51,810 bases of DNA from Candidatus Sulfopaludibacter sp. SbA3 (GTDB lineage Bacteria; Acidobacteriota; Terriglobia; Bryobacterales; Bryobacteraceae), in assembly GCA_945860645.1 (NCBI GenBank), contig CAMATG010000001.1, positions 1 to 51,810 on the forward strand. Direction: 5' to 3'. Of the stretch, positions 1 to 8,760 are shown in pieces. The translations under genes were made by a program, and so were the position numbers. The notes under the pieces are model-generated. The model was given only the letters and a program-made list of their open reading frames with translations. It was not told where the DNA came from and ran no database searches. Position 1 is the first letter of the stretch; each line of letters starts with the position of its first letter.

Positions 1-31
1 CGCGGGCCTCAAGTACGGTGCGGATGGGAAG

Positions 32-748
32 GTGGCCTGGAACGAAATCTGGGGCTCATTCTGCGATCTCGCCATGGCCGGCGGCCCGCCCCACAAAGGC
101 ACTCTACTCCTACCCGCCACCCTCGCCGAAGTCGAATCCCACCCCGCCGAATACGCCGAAATCACGGCCGAAATCTGCCGCGGCATCCAACTCGTAACCA
201 CCCTCAAAGCCAGTCCATCCCAACAGCCCGGCTGGATCGAAGTCACCTGTTCCAACCCCGCCGAAGCCGGCTGGCTCACCCGCGCCATCGTCATGGAGAA
301 CGTCTCCGCCCGCGCCGAAGATGCCAATCTCTTTCTCCCCGCCGGCCCCCACTACCGCATCGCCAAAGAGGTCAAAAACGTCATCACCTCCACGGCCAAG
401 ACGTTCCACTATTGGGACCAACACACCTGGCCCGCCCAGCAGCGCGAAATCGCCGCTCTTTTTGAAAAGCAAGGAGCCCTCCTCCATCCCCCAGCCCAAT
501 CGAACCCGAACATCCCGGAAGCCCTCCAACGAGCCACCGGGCTCACGCCAACCCAGCACACCTACCCCGGCTGGCTCGGCCTTGAATGTCCCGATGTCCA
601 CGCCGCCATCTGGCTCATGCGCGCCTTGGTCGCCAGCGCCATCCTCGCCCGCCGCGAACAGACGGTGTTATTCGTCCCCAGCCACGAGACGGTCATCGAA
701 CCCCTCGCCGACATCCACGCATTCGCCAAATCCCGCAGCATTATCTGA
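32..748 (+). CDS. hypothetical protein built from two homologous modules (possibly 5'-truncated by the window edge)
   Basis: ORF 32-748. The frame stays open back to nt 2, so the true start may lie upstream of the window. Two internal repeats: PGWIEVTCSNPAEAGWLTRAIV..ARAEDANLFLP and PGWLGLECPDVHAAIWLMRALV..ARREQTVLFVP. No family recognised by eye. Confidence 0.5.
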   Translation: MAWNEIWGSFCDLAMAGGPPHKGTLLLPATLAEVESHPAEYAEITAEICRGIQLVTTLKASPSQQPGWIEVTCSNPAEAGWLTRAIVMENVSARAEDANLFLPAGPHYRIAKEVKNVITSTAKTFHYWDQHTWPAQQREIAALFEKQGALLHPPAQSNPNIPEALQRATGLTPTQHTYPGWLGLECPDVHAAIWLMRALVASAILARREQTVLFVPSHETVIEPLADIHAFAKSRSII

Positions 749-769
749 ACCACGCAGCGAACTACCCAC

Positions 770-803
770 GGGGACACCCGCGGGCCGCAGGCCGGGTGTC
801 CCC
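770..803. terminator. GC-rich hairpin between convergent genes (candidate bidirectional terminator)
   Basis: Perfect 10-bp inverted repeat ggggacaccc (770-779) / gggtgtcccc (794-803) with a 14-nt loop, 22 nt after the stop at 746-748. No clear T-tract follows. Confidence 0.4.
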
Positions 804-916
804 GCACGCAACACCCGCCAGCAGAACCGCCCCATGGTCTCGGGAAGCGGTAGTGACAAAGTTAACGCATCGGCCGGTCCGGAAACCGGCGAGGGGGAAG
901 GAAAAGCGGGTTCCGA

Positions 917-1657
917 TTATCGCCGCTTCTTGCCCTTGATCAGCGCCATCCCCACAAATCCGGTCAAAATGAGCGCGAGACCACCCGGTTCCGGCACGTC
1001 CTGGATATTGGGACCAGTGATATGCAACGCAACGTTGTCGAAGCCGGTGTTGAGGGCGGTAGCGGAACTGTTACTACCAAATCGCGTGTCATAGAATGCG
1101 GCGCTGACCAGACGCAGGGTAAGCGTCTGGCCGAGCCTCGCGTTCAGCAAGGCTGTGACGTCCAACGAGCGATTCGTCCACGGAGTGGAGCCGCTCGCAT
1201 TTGGATTCACGACCGAAAAGGTATTGGCGAGTTGGCTGCTTCCCTGAAGAAAACCAACGAACACGTTGACGCCGCGGAAGGTGCCAGTCCCGCTCCAAGT
1301 CGCGGTATCGGCCCAGGTAAGGATCGCCGAACTGATGGGGGAGCTGGGAATTGGAAAGCTCTGGTAGAACTCGTTGGTGAACTGCCCGAGGTCGGCGGAG
1401 ATCGCCGGGAACTGCGTGGAGGAATAGGCACCAAGACTCCCGAAGATCGGGTTAGTTCCGGGCGCGCAACCAGAAGCGGTGGTTTGCGGGGAGAAACCAG
1501 AGTTGCAGGCCCCAGTGACGTTCGCGAAAGTGGTGGTAGCCGCGGTCCAGCCACCAGCTCCCGTTTCAAATGTACCGTTGGAGATTACGTTGATGGTGCC
1601 CGCGTGGACTGTCATAAACGCGCCAGCCAGGGCAAGAGTGAGTTTTGAGAGGGTCAT
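917..1657 (-). CDS. PEP-CTERM sorting-domain secreted protein
   Basis: N-terminal signal peptide MTLSKLTLALAGAFMTVHA. C-terminus VPEPGGLALILTGFVGMALIKGKKRR has the PEP motif, a hydrophobic helix and a basic tail. ATG at 1657; TTG at 1660 is an alternative start. Confidence 0.8.
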   Translation of the reverse strand: MTLSKLTLALAGAFMTVHAGTINVISNGTFETGAGGWTAATTTFANVTGACNSGFSPQTTASGCAPGTNPIFGSLGAYSSTQFPAISADLGQFTNEFYQSFPIPSSPISSAILTWADTATWSGTGTFRGVNVFVGFLQGSSQLANTFSVVNPNASGSTPWTNRSLDVTALLNARLGQTLTLRLVSAAFYDTRFGSNSSATALNTGFDNVALHITGPNIQDVPEPGGLALILTGFVGMALIKGKKRR

Positions 1658-1870
1658 CAATCAACAAAGCGAAAATCCTTCAAAACCAGTGACACAGCTT
1701 TTTTGTTTGTGGTCACCATTTCCTTGGAACAAGCCCGCCAGGATCGCCTCCAGCAGCAAGCTGGTGCAGGGAGCCGCGGCGAAGCCGGGTCACCGCCTAA
1801 CTCCGAGCCAAATCCAACGGCGCCTGCCCATACAGCCCCGCGCCCAAAGCCCCCAACAGCGCCCGCCTCT

Positions 1871-2572
1871 TCATTGCTTCAACCTCCAGATTATCTGCCG
1901 CAGCATCCCCTGCCACATCCCGGCGTCTTTCTCACTCATCTTCATCCGCCGGATCAGCCGCCGCAACTTCAACGTGGTCGATACATCCACCGGCGGCTTC
2001 ACATATCCGCTCTCCGTCAGCGCGTCCAACAGATAATCGCCCACCCGGTCCTGCGCCCCCACCGAAGCCGCCCGCGACTCCGGTGCCGAAAGCAACTCCA
2101 CCTGCCCCGTCCGAATCAGTTCATACAAGGTAACCGCCACCGCCTGGCCCAGGTTCATCGACCGATGTTCCTCGCGAGTCGGAATCCGCAGCAGCCAATG
2201 GCAATGGCTCATATCGTCATTCGATAAGCCAAACTTCTCACTGCCAAACAGGATGGCCACGCGCCCCTTCACGCGCTTCATCTTCCGCCCGCCCGCCTCC
2301 AGCCCATAGAACGGCTGCAGCGTCTCCCGCGGCCCCAGGCCGGAGGTGCCAACCACCAAATGGCAATCAGCAATCGCATCAGCAATGGAATCAAACTCCC
2401 GAGCCTCGGTCAGTACCCGATCGGCATTCACCCCACTCCGAGCCTCATCCAGCGCCACCCGGTACGCATGCACCAACCGCAAATCAAAAAACCCAAAGTT
2501 CGACATCGCCCGCGCCGCCGCCCCTATATTTAAAGGGTTTCGCGGGCTCACCAACACCACAGTGATATTCAC
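1871..2572 (-). CDS. trmJ: SpoU/TrmH-class RNA 2'-O-methyltransferase, TrmJ-like
   Basis: N-terminus ITVVLVSPRNPLNIGAAARAMSNFGFFDLRLV and the downstream LFGSEKFGLSNDD..IPT motifs are typical of group-1 TrmH-family methyltransferases. GTG start at 2572 overlaps the upstream stop (GTGA). Confidence 0.8.
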   Translation of the reverse strand: MNITVVLVSPRNPLNIGAAARAMSNFGFFDLRLVHAYRVALDEARSGVNADRVLTEAREFDSIADAIADCHLVVGTSGLGPRETLQPFYGLEAGGRKMKRVKGRVAILFGSEKFGLSNDDMSHCHWLLRIPTREEHRSMNLGQAVAVTLYELIRTGQVELLSAPESRAASVGAQDRVGDYLLDALTESGYVKPPVDVSTTLKLRRLIRRMKMSEKDAGMWQGMLRQIIWRLKQ

Positions 2573-3024
2573 AGATTCGGAAAAAACCGTCCCTTCAGAA
2601 CTTCCGGCAAGGCCAGCGAACTGATCGCCTTGATCGCACCCGCAAGGTGCTCAAACTCCACCTGGAGCCGCTCATTCATTACTCCCACTGTATGCGTTTT
2701 TCCCCCGGAAAGCTGCACCGTCACCTCACGAATCCAATGTGGATTCTCCCCCTCCGGCCGATACACATCCTCCAACCCGAAAAAGTTCACCCCCTCGGCC
2801 ACCTCCAGCAGCCGGATGAAATGCATGCGCGGCAACTTCCCCTCCAACCGCTCCTCCGTCTTGCCTTGGCTGCGCGTCTTCGACGCCACCACCGACCCAT
2901 CTCCACGTATCTCCACCCTCTGGTACCCGCCGCCAGGCTTACCCGATTGATAGTTGTAGACAATCCCGGTTCCTGCCAGTTGCTCCGGCCGCAAACCAAA
3001 CGGCAATTCCATCACATCCGCCAT
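2569..3024 (-). CDS. small hypothetical protein (151 aa) downstream of the metalloprotease gene
   Basis: ATG at 3024 (MADVMELPFG) preceded by a purine-rich agagaggacgagagag. The longer ORF start at 3111 would overlap the upstream gene. The stop overlaps the trmJ start. No family recognised. Confidence 0.6.
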   Translation of the reverse strand: MADVMELPFGLRPEQLAGTGIVYNYQSGKPGGGYQRVEIRGDGSVVASKTRSQGKTEERLEGKLPRMHFIRLLEVAEGVNFFGLEDVYRPEGENPHWIREVTVQLSGGKTHTVGVMNERLQVEFEHLAGAIKAISSLALPEVLKGRFFPNL

Positions 3025-3044
3025 CTCTCTCGTCCTCTCTCGCC

Positions 3045-5324
3045 CTACGGCGCCAGCCGGATCCGCTCCGGCACGATGTAGCGCGTCCCGGGCTGCAACA
3101 CAATATTCCAACGGTCGGACCCCGGTCCCAACGCTCCCGGGTTGAACTGCTTGTTCCGATTGTAGAATTCCTCTCCATAGGCGTCCGGGTCAATAACGTC
3201 CAAACTCGCGTACATGATGAAGAGCTCCTCCACAGTCTGAAACTCCTTCGCCACCACATTCAGCCGCTTCGGCGGCGCCACGCACGTGAACATCTCCGCC
3301 CCGTCCCGGTACCGGTAGCCGTACTCAAGATTGAAAAGCACAAACGACTCCCGCACCTTGTCCAGATCCGGGCACCCTAAGTCCTTCCAGTTATCGTAGA
3401 AATCGAAAATCGTGTTGCACTTCCGGATGGACTGGTCCGTAAACGCCTTCCAGAACCCCGTCCGGAACGCCACCTTGTGGTGGTTATGTATCCGCCACAG
3501 CGCGCAATGAATGCTCGCCTCATTGTGCGGCCCCAACGTCGAACTCTTGTCCTCCAGGTCCATCGAAAGGTCCCCGTCGTACCCGTCGTGGTACAACCCG
3601 TCATCGGCCATCACCGCCGATAGAAAGGTCGCAAGCCCTTCAAGCCAGGAATCTTCGTAGTGCTCTAACGTATCCTCTCCATGCTCCAACCTCTTTCCGT
3701 CGTTGTATTCGTAGCCCGTGTTGGGCAGGCCACCCAGCATGCAATACGTAATGAAGTGCCCATATTCGTGCAGAATCGGGTCCTGGTCCCTCACATCCCC
3801 AATCGCCAGCCGCATCGTCTTCCCGGACTGGCTGGAACCCCCTCCCGACGGCAGCACCACTGTGCACAACGGCAGGTTCTCGCTCGTCAGTTCCTGTATC
3901 CTCCAATGCCCCAACCACACGGATTTGTAGGCATCACAGATATCAACAAACGGCTGATACGTAATCTCAATCTTTCCCAGATCCACATCCGGCCCCGCCA
4001 CGTTCTGCAATGGCGTCGCGTCCAGCACCATCTGATGCCATACCACCTCGTCCTTCTTCACGGCAAACCGCGGCTCATCCGCGTGGTTGGACTTTCCCTT
4101 CACCACTACCACCCTGTTTTCCTTGTACTCCAGCCAGATCTTCAGCTCTGCCGCCGCCGACTCCGGTACGTTCGAAAACTCAAACACCCCACCGTCATCC
4201 AGGTGCGCCACCGCGTGCCGCGCCAACGTCGCCGCGGACCCGCCCACAAACAGCTCCACCTTAGCTCCCGGCAGGTACTCCTTCACAGGGCCATACTTCT
4301 TCTTCTCATCGTTGTAATCCCAAGTCCGGTTCCAGTACAGCCGCCCGGTCACCATCAGTCCGGTGGGCGCCACCGCCGGCGCCTCGCACGACGACACCTC
4401 CACCAGCCGATGGTAAAACCGGCAGCCAAACGTATCCTTCGTCGTCACAAACTCCCGATGGTTCGCCTGGTTCGACCGGCGCACCGCCTCGTCGCTCCAG
4501 AACCGCTTCCGGCACCCGGTCGTCCCTTCGCTCGCACGCGGACACGGCCACTGGTCCCCCGCCGCCGTCGTCCCTGGCCGGAAGAATAGCACCATCACCC
4601 GCCGGTTCACACCGTTCTGCCGGTTCTTCGTGGACGTATCCCCAGAGGACGCAAACGCGCTCAGCTCCCCCGTTGAAAACAGCATCGCCGGATTAAACTC
4701 GCCGCACCCCTGAAAATCTCCCTTCCCGCCCGCGTCCGCTCCCTTTCCCAAAAACTCCGTCTTCTCCAATTTCTGCGGAAACAGATACTCCATGTACTTC
4801 GCGAAAAGTGTTGCCCGCGTCTGTGGCCCCGCCGCGCCATCCGCCGGTAAACCGTTTGCGGTTTGGAATGCCTGGACTGTTGGCGTCCCCCCACCGCCTG
4901 TCGCCTTCAGCATCACGTCGATCTCGGTCTGCCCCCAGCCATCACTCGCCCATATCCTCTCCCACCGCGCCGGCTCCCGCACCAGCACCGCATACACCGC
5001 CTCCGCTCGCCACCCGGACAACGTCTTGTTAAACTCCTCGTCCCCGACCGGGTCCGCATGCCCAAACACCGAAAGCGGCGCCCCAACGTTCGCGTCTCGA
5101 ATTACCTTCAACTCCTCCAACTCGGCCTTCGACTCCGGCTTGACAAAGGCGCTCCCAAACTTAAACCGCACGTCGTCCAGCCGCCAGCAGTCAACCGTTT
5201 TCAGCTCTTCCTTGATGACAGTCTTTTCTCCGCCCGTCGAAGTCGCCGCATACACCGGCAAACTCGTCGAGGTAGCGTGGCTTGCCGCGCGCCCCCCGCC
5301 CATATCTTTCTCGCCGTAAGCCAT
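3045..5324 (-). CDS. multidomain protein: OmpA_C-like domain interrupted by a PG_binding_1-like insert, beta-rich middle region, HExxH metallopeptidase-like C-terminal half
   Basis: RFKFGSAFVKPESKAELEELK..VFGHADPVGDEEFNKTLSGWRAEAVYAVL and NRRVMVLFF form the OmpA-like core and tail. VQAFQTANGLPADGAAGPQTRATLF resembles PG_binding_1. ILHEYGHFITY is an HExxH motif. No N-terminal signal peptide. ATG at 5324; TTG at 5336 is an alternative start. Confidence 0.75.
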   Translation of the reverse strand: MAYGEKDMGGGRAASHATSTSLPVYAATSTGGEKTVIKEELKTVDCWRLDDVRFKFGSAFVKPESKAELEELKVIRDANVGAPLSVFGHADPVGDEEFNKTLSGWRAEAVYAVLVREPARWERIWASDGWGQTEIDVMLKATGGGGTPTVQAFQTANGLPADGAAGPQTRATLFAKYMEYLFPQKLEKTEFLGKGADAGGKGDFQGCGEFNPAMLFSTGELSAFASSGDTSTKNRQNGVNRRVMVLFFRPGTTAAGDQWPCPRASEGTTGCRKRFWSDEAVRRSNQANHREFVTTKDTFGCRFYHRLVEVSSCEAPAVAPTGLMVTGRLYWNRTWDYNDEKKKYGPVKEYLPGAKVELFVGGSAATLARHAVAHLDDGGVFEFSNVPESAAAELKIWLEYKENRVVVVKGKSNHADEPRFAVKKDEVVWHQMVLDATPLQNVAGPDVDLGKIEITYQPFVDICDAYKSVWLGHWRIQELTSENLPLCTVVLPSGGGSSQSGKTMRLAIGDVRDQDPILHEYGHFITYCMLGGLPNTGYEYNDGKRLEHGEDTLEHYEDSWLEGLATFLSAVMADDGLYHDGYDGDLSMDLEDKSSTLGPHNEASIHCALWRIHNHHKVAFRTGFWKAFTDQSIRKCNTIFDFYDNWKDLGCPDLDKVRESFVLFNLEYGYRYRDGAEMFTCVAPPKRLNVVAKEFQTVEELFIMYASLDVIDPDAYGEEFYNRNKQFNPGALGPGSDRWNIVLQPGTRYIVPERIRLAP

Positions 5325-5418
5325 GCTGTTCCACAATCAAACTCGCAGCAAGGCTCGCGAACGGCTCACACCATTCCACGCAAATTCTACCGCGCCATTC
5401 CAGCCAGCTATCTAAGCC

Positions 5419-6444
5419 TCAAAACCGCCGCAACAACGTCTCCCGGCCCACCCCCACCGCCTCATACCGGTTCTGCATCGTCGTCAAAATCGGATACCCA
5501 TAGTCCCCGCCAACCCCCACCCGCACCAACTCCACAATCCGCTTCCGCAGCCAAACCAAATCCCCAACCCCATCTACCGCCAATACAAACGCCTCCGGCG
5601 CGTTCTGCGACTTATGAAAAAACACCCCGGCCGATTGCAAACTCCCCGCCCCCAAAAACTCCATCCGCGTCCGCCGCCACACACACTCCCCCTTCACCAA
5701 ATCGAACTGCGCCTCCAACAATGCATACGCCCCGTCACCCCGGCTCTCCGCCATCAACCCCAACGCCGGCCGCCGCTTCACGCCCACATGCACCGCCATC
5801 CGGTGCCGCCCCATCAACCGGTAACGCCCCTCCGTCACCCCCTCCAACTCCGTCACGTTCGTCCCACGCACCAGCAGCACCCGCGCCGTCAACACATCCC
5901 CCGTCTCATCCACTAACCCAATCAACACCCCGTCCCCGCCCGGCACCGGCGCGCATACACTCCGCAACGGCGCCGCCGCCGTCTCCCATACTTGCTCTAC
6001 CGAAACCGACGGCTGCCCATCCCGCCCCGCCACATACCGGTGCCGAACCAGCCGGCCGCCCCGCCAAGCGTAAGCGTGCAACTCCCCGTTCGCCGCAATC
6101 ACCGGCCGCTCAACAAGCCGCTCCCCGCCCTCCAAAACAACCGCCAACACCAGCGGGCTATGCACCGCCTGCCCAAACAACAGGCTGCCTTCCCGCCACA
6201 TCCACCAGAACTCATCCAGCTTCGCCAACAGCTCCCCCGCCTGCGGAATCAGCAGCCCCATCCCACCCGGTGCCCGCTTGTCCCACTCCACCCCGCGGAA
6301 CAGTTCCACCTCGCCCGTGTCCGCCCGCGTCTCATGGAATTCCAGCGTGCACAGCGCGCCGTTCCCATCCACAAACGCACAGATCATCTCTGCCGACCGG
6401 CCGTCATAAAACACCGATGTCGATGCCGCCGTCGGTGCCTGCAT
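5419..6444 (-). CDS. hypothetical protein (341 aa), beta-rich, no recognisable domain
   Basis: ATG at 6444 lies 2 nt after the upstream TAA (TAAGGATG), indicating translational coupling. The longer ORF start at 6495 would overlap the upstream gene. G-ending codon bias matches the neighbouring genes. Confidence 0.65.
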   Translation of the reverse strand: MQAPTAASTSVFYDGRSAEMICAFVDGNGALCTLEFHETRADTGEVELFRGVEWDKRAPGGMGLLIPQAGELLAKLDEFWWMWREGSLLFGQAVHSPLVLAVVLEGGERLVERPVIAANGELHAYAWRGGRLVRHRYVAGRDGQPSVSVEQVWETAAAPLRSVCAPVPGGDGVLIGLVDETGDVLTARVLLVRGTNVTELEGVTEGRYRLMGRHRMAVHVGVKRRPALGLMAESRGDGAYALLEAQFDLVKGECVWRRTRMEFLGAGSLQSAGVFFHKSQNAPEAFVLAVDGVGDLVWLRKRIVELVRVGVGGDYGYPILTTMQNRYEAVGVGRETLLRRF

Positions 6445-6446
6445 CC

Positions 6447-7676
6447 TTAACTGCCGTGAACGTCCTTCAACTTGCCCTGCGTGTTCGGCCCGCAAATCCC
6501 GTCCACCGCCAGCGCGTAGTCACACTGGAACTCTTCCACCGCGCTCTTAAACGCACTGTCGTTGATATCGGTCGTCTCGCCAGCCCGGTAACCCAGATTG
6601 TTCAGCCGCCAAACCTGACCGCTGATCTCCTCCACCGGGTCCAGATGCCCCAGCTTCAAGCCCAGCTCGAACCCCTTCACCATCAACTTGCCGACCTTCT
6701 GGCCCAGCGGGTCCAGTGTCTTCTTGGTGACGCTCCCATCGCCGGCCGTCTTGATCTTCTCCCCACCGTCCAACTGGATATCGAGCTCCGTATCCACCAC
6801 CGGATTGCCCGCCCAATCCAACACTACGATCTTCAATTGCACCGGATCGCCAACCAGTTGGAACGTGGAATACTCCGTCGTCGGAACACTCTCTTCCTTC
6901 TTCTGTCGCGCCGGAATCTCCAATACATCGCCAGGGTACAGAACATTCGGGTTCCGCTTCGCCTTAATGCCGGCGTTCTTCCCGTCGTCCCAAATCGTCT
7001 TCCAAGACACATACCCGGCATCGGCCGCGATGCTGGCGATATGATCCCCCTGCGTCACTTTGTAAGGACCAGCCGGAATCTTCGGCGCGCCTTTGAACAA
7101 GGTGACCGCCGAACCCTCCGCGAAACTGCCCGACTTGGCCCATTCCCGCGCATCCAAATCCGGGAAACGGACGCGGCACGAGCCTGGATCAATTCCGTCC
7201 TTCCGGAACGATCCCTTCTCCGATAGCGTGCCCTTCTCAATACTCCCGTCCGGCAGAGTAACCTCAATGGCTAACCCCTTTACAGGACGCTTATTCTTGT
7301 CCAACAACTCCACTTCCACCCAGGTCTTCTTGGAGTCCTTCAGCGGATCTTTCCCACCGGAGCTCTTCGCTCCCGCGCCAGCCTGCGACGCGCCCTGGCT
7401 TCCACCCACCGTCATCTGCGGCAGATCCACCACGGCCAACGTCCACCGCCCGGCCGCCACCCGTTTGGCCGCCTCTTCAACAACCAGCGGGTCCGCCATC
7501 CGCTGCATAACGGAACCAAGTTCGGTCACCAGCAACTGGCGCAGCGCCTGGATCGCCGTTGGGTCCAACCGCGCACGGCGCAACAGCGTGGCCGTTCCTA
7601 CATCCACCGACGGCGTCCGCGACGGCGTGTTGGAGACGTGTACGAGTTTTCCTGAGATCCGAATACTGACTGTCAT
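6447..7676 (-). CDS. LysM plus PG_binding_1 peptidoglycan-binding protein
   Basis: LysM-like YKVTQGDHIASIAADAGYVSWKTIWDDGKNAGIKAKRNPNVLYPGDVLEIP. C-terminal PG_binding_1-like VWRLNNLGYRAGE..FKSAVEEFQCDYALAVDGICGPNTQGKL. Two beta-sandwich-like segments (VEVELLDKNKRPVKGLAIEVTLPDGS.., LKIVVLDWAGNPVVDTELDIQLDGG..). No signal peptide. Confidence 0.75.
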   Translation of the reverse strand: MTVSIRISGKLVHVSNTPSRTPSVDVGTATLLRRARLDPTAIQALRQLLVTELGSVMQRMADPLVVEEAAKRVAAGRWTLAVVDLPQMTVGGSQGASQAGAGAKSSGGKDPLKDSKKTWVEVELLDKNKRPVKGLAIEVTLPDGSIEKGTLSEKGSFRKDGIDPGSCRVRFPDLDAREWAKSGSFAEGSAVTLFKGAPKIPAGPYKVTQGDHIASIAADAGYVSWKTIWDDGKNAGIKAKRNPNVLYPGDVLEIPARQKKEESVPTTEYSTFQLVGDPVQLKIVVLDWAGNPVVDTELDIQLDGGEKIKTAGDGSVTKKTLDPLGQKVGKLMVKGFELGLKLGHLDPVEEISGQVWRLNNLGYRAGETTDINDSAFKSAVEEFQCDYALAVDGICGPNTQGKLKDVHGS

Positions 7677-7734
7677 GGGGCCTACGCTAACAAAAGCGTG
7701 TTCAGTGGGGATTTCCCCTCACCGCCTGCACATT

Positions 7735-8760
7735 TTAACGCGGATGGTCCAATTCTCTCGCCACCGGAACCAGTTCCCTGTATAAATCCAAAGGAATCGC
7801 CGATTCCCAATGGCCCGTCAAACGGGCTCCCATATATACCACCACAAACACCACGCCAATCGCCACCGCCAGACGCTGACCGGTGATCCAACCCCGCCTC
7901 CCGGCAAACCCCACGTGCAACGCCCCTTCCGCCGGGCACGCGCTGACACACTCCATACATCCGATGCACTCCGCCGAGCGAATCTGGACAAGTTTGTCCA
8001 CCGGAAGCCGGCTCGGGCACACCCGCGCACACTTCCCGCAATCAATACACGCACTCTTCTCCCGGCCGATCCGCAACGGGCTCGCCAGCGCCGCCAGCCC
8101 CATCAGCGCTCCATACGGACACAGATACCGGCACCAGGCATTCGGCACGAACAGCGATACGATCATCAAAAACCCCAGGACCCCGGCCGCCATCGGGGAC
8201 AGGAACCGGAAGAAGTTGAGCATCTTCACATCGGCAATCAAACCGTAGGGCGAGGCCAAAAAACCCTCGATGGATGCCGCATCCATGCGCAAAACGGCAT
8301 AAAAAAACGCGAAAAATAGCGCATATTTGCACGTTCTGAGCACCAAATCGAGCCATTTTGGAGTAAGAAAACTCCTCCCAAACGCGTCTCGACCGGTTTT
8401 CCACAGCCATTCGGACACCGTTCCCACCGGGCACAGCCACCCGCAAAACGCCTTCCGGAACACCAGCGAAAGTAATACAAACGTAACGAATAACACCATT
8501 GCCGCCGGGTGTATGACCGGCATATGCCCGGTCTCCAGAAGGTACCGGGTGTTCATCATCCCGGCGATCGGCAACCACCCCTCCACCCCGGGTGGCCGGC
8601 TGGCTTCCCAGGGAATCCATCGCCCTTCCAAACCCCGAACGAAGAGGATAAAGCCGACCCCAATCCAGAGATTTAACAGTAGGAAAACACCCTGCGCCAG
8701 ACCTCTCCACCGTTGGAAATCGTCCGCGGTGACCCGTCTTTTCCACTGGTCCCGATTCAT
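7735..8760 (-). CDS. NapH/MauN-type membrane-bound 4Fe-4S ferredoxin
   Basis: Several hydrophobic helices plus CPVGTVSEW, CRYLCPYGALM, CIDCGKCARVCP and CIGCMECVSACP motifs. Confidence 0.8.
   Translation of the reverse strand: MNRDQWKRRVTADDFQRWRGLAQGVFLLLNLWIGVGFILFVRGLEGRWIPWEASRPPGVEGWLPIAGMMNTRYLLETGHMPVIHPAAMVLFVTFVLLSLVFRKAFCGWLCPVGTVSEWLWKTGRDAFGRSFLTPKWLDLVLRTCKYALFFAFFYAVLRMDAASIEGFLASPYGLIADVKMLNFFRFLSPMAAGVLGFLMIVSLFVPNAWCRYLCPYGALMGLAALASPLRIGREKSACIDCGKCARVCPSRLPVDKLVQIRSAECIGCMECVSACPAEGALHVGFAGRRGWITGQRLAVAIGVVFVVVYMGARLTGHWESAIPLDLYRELVPVARELDHPR

Noticed and set aside
4863-7226. 787-aa plus-strand ORF, with similar very long antisense ORFs at 21018-23138, 27192-29663, 43697-45454, 45612-47645, 49552-51075 (plus strand) and 10592-11794, 11779-14346, 34420-35898, 35992-37473, 37633-39006 (minus strand).
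   Set aside because: All are Pro/Arg/Gly/His-rich low-complexity translations lying exactly opposite genes with clear family motifs (dnaN, gyrB, napA, carboxylase, TonB receptor, kinase and others). They are typical shadow ORFs of a high-GC genome.
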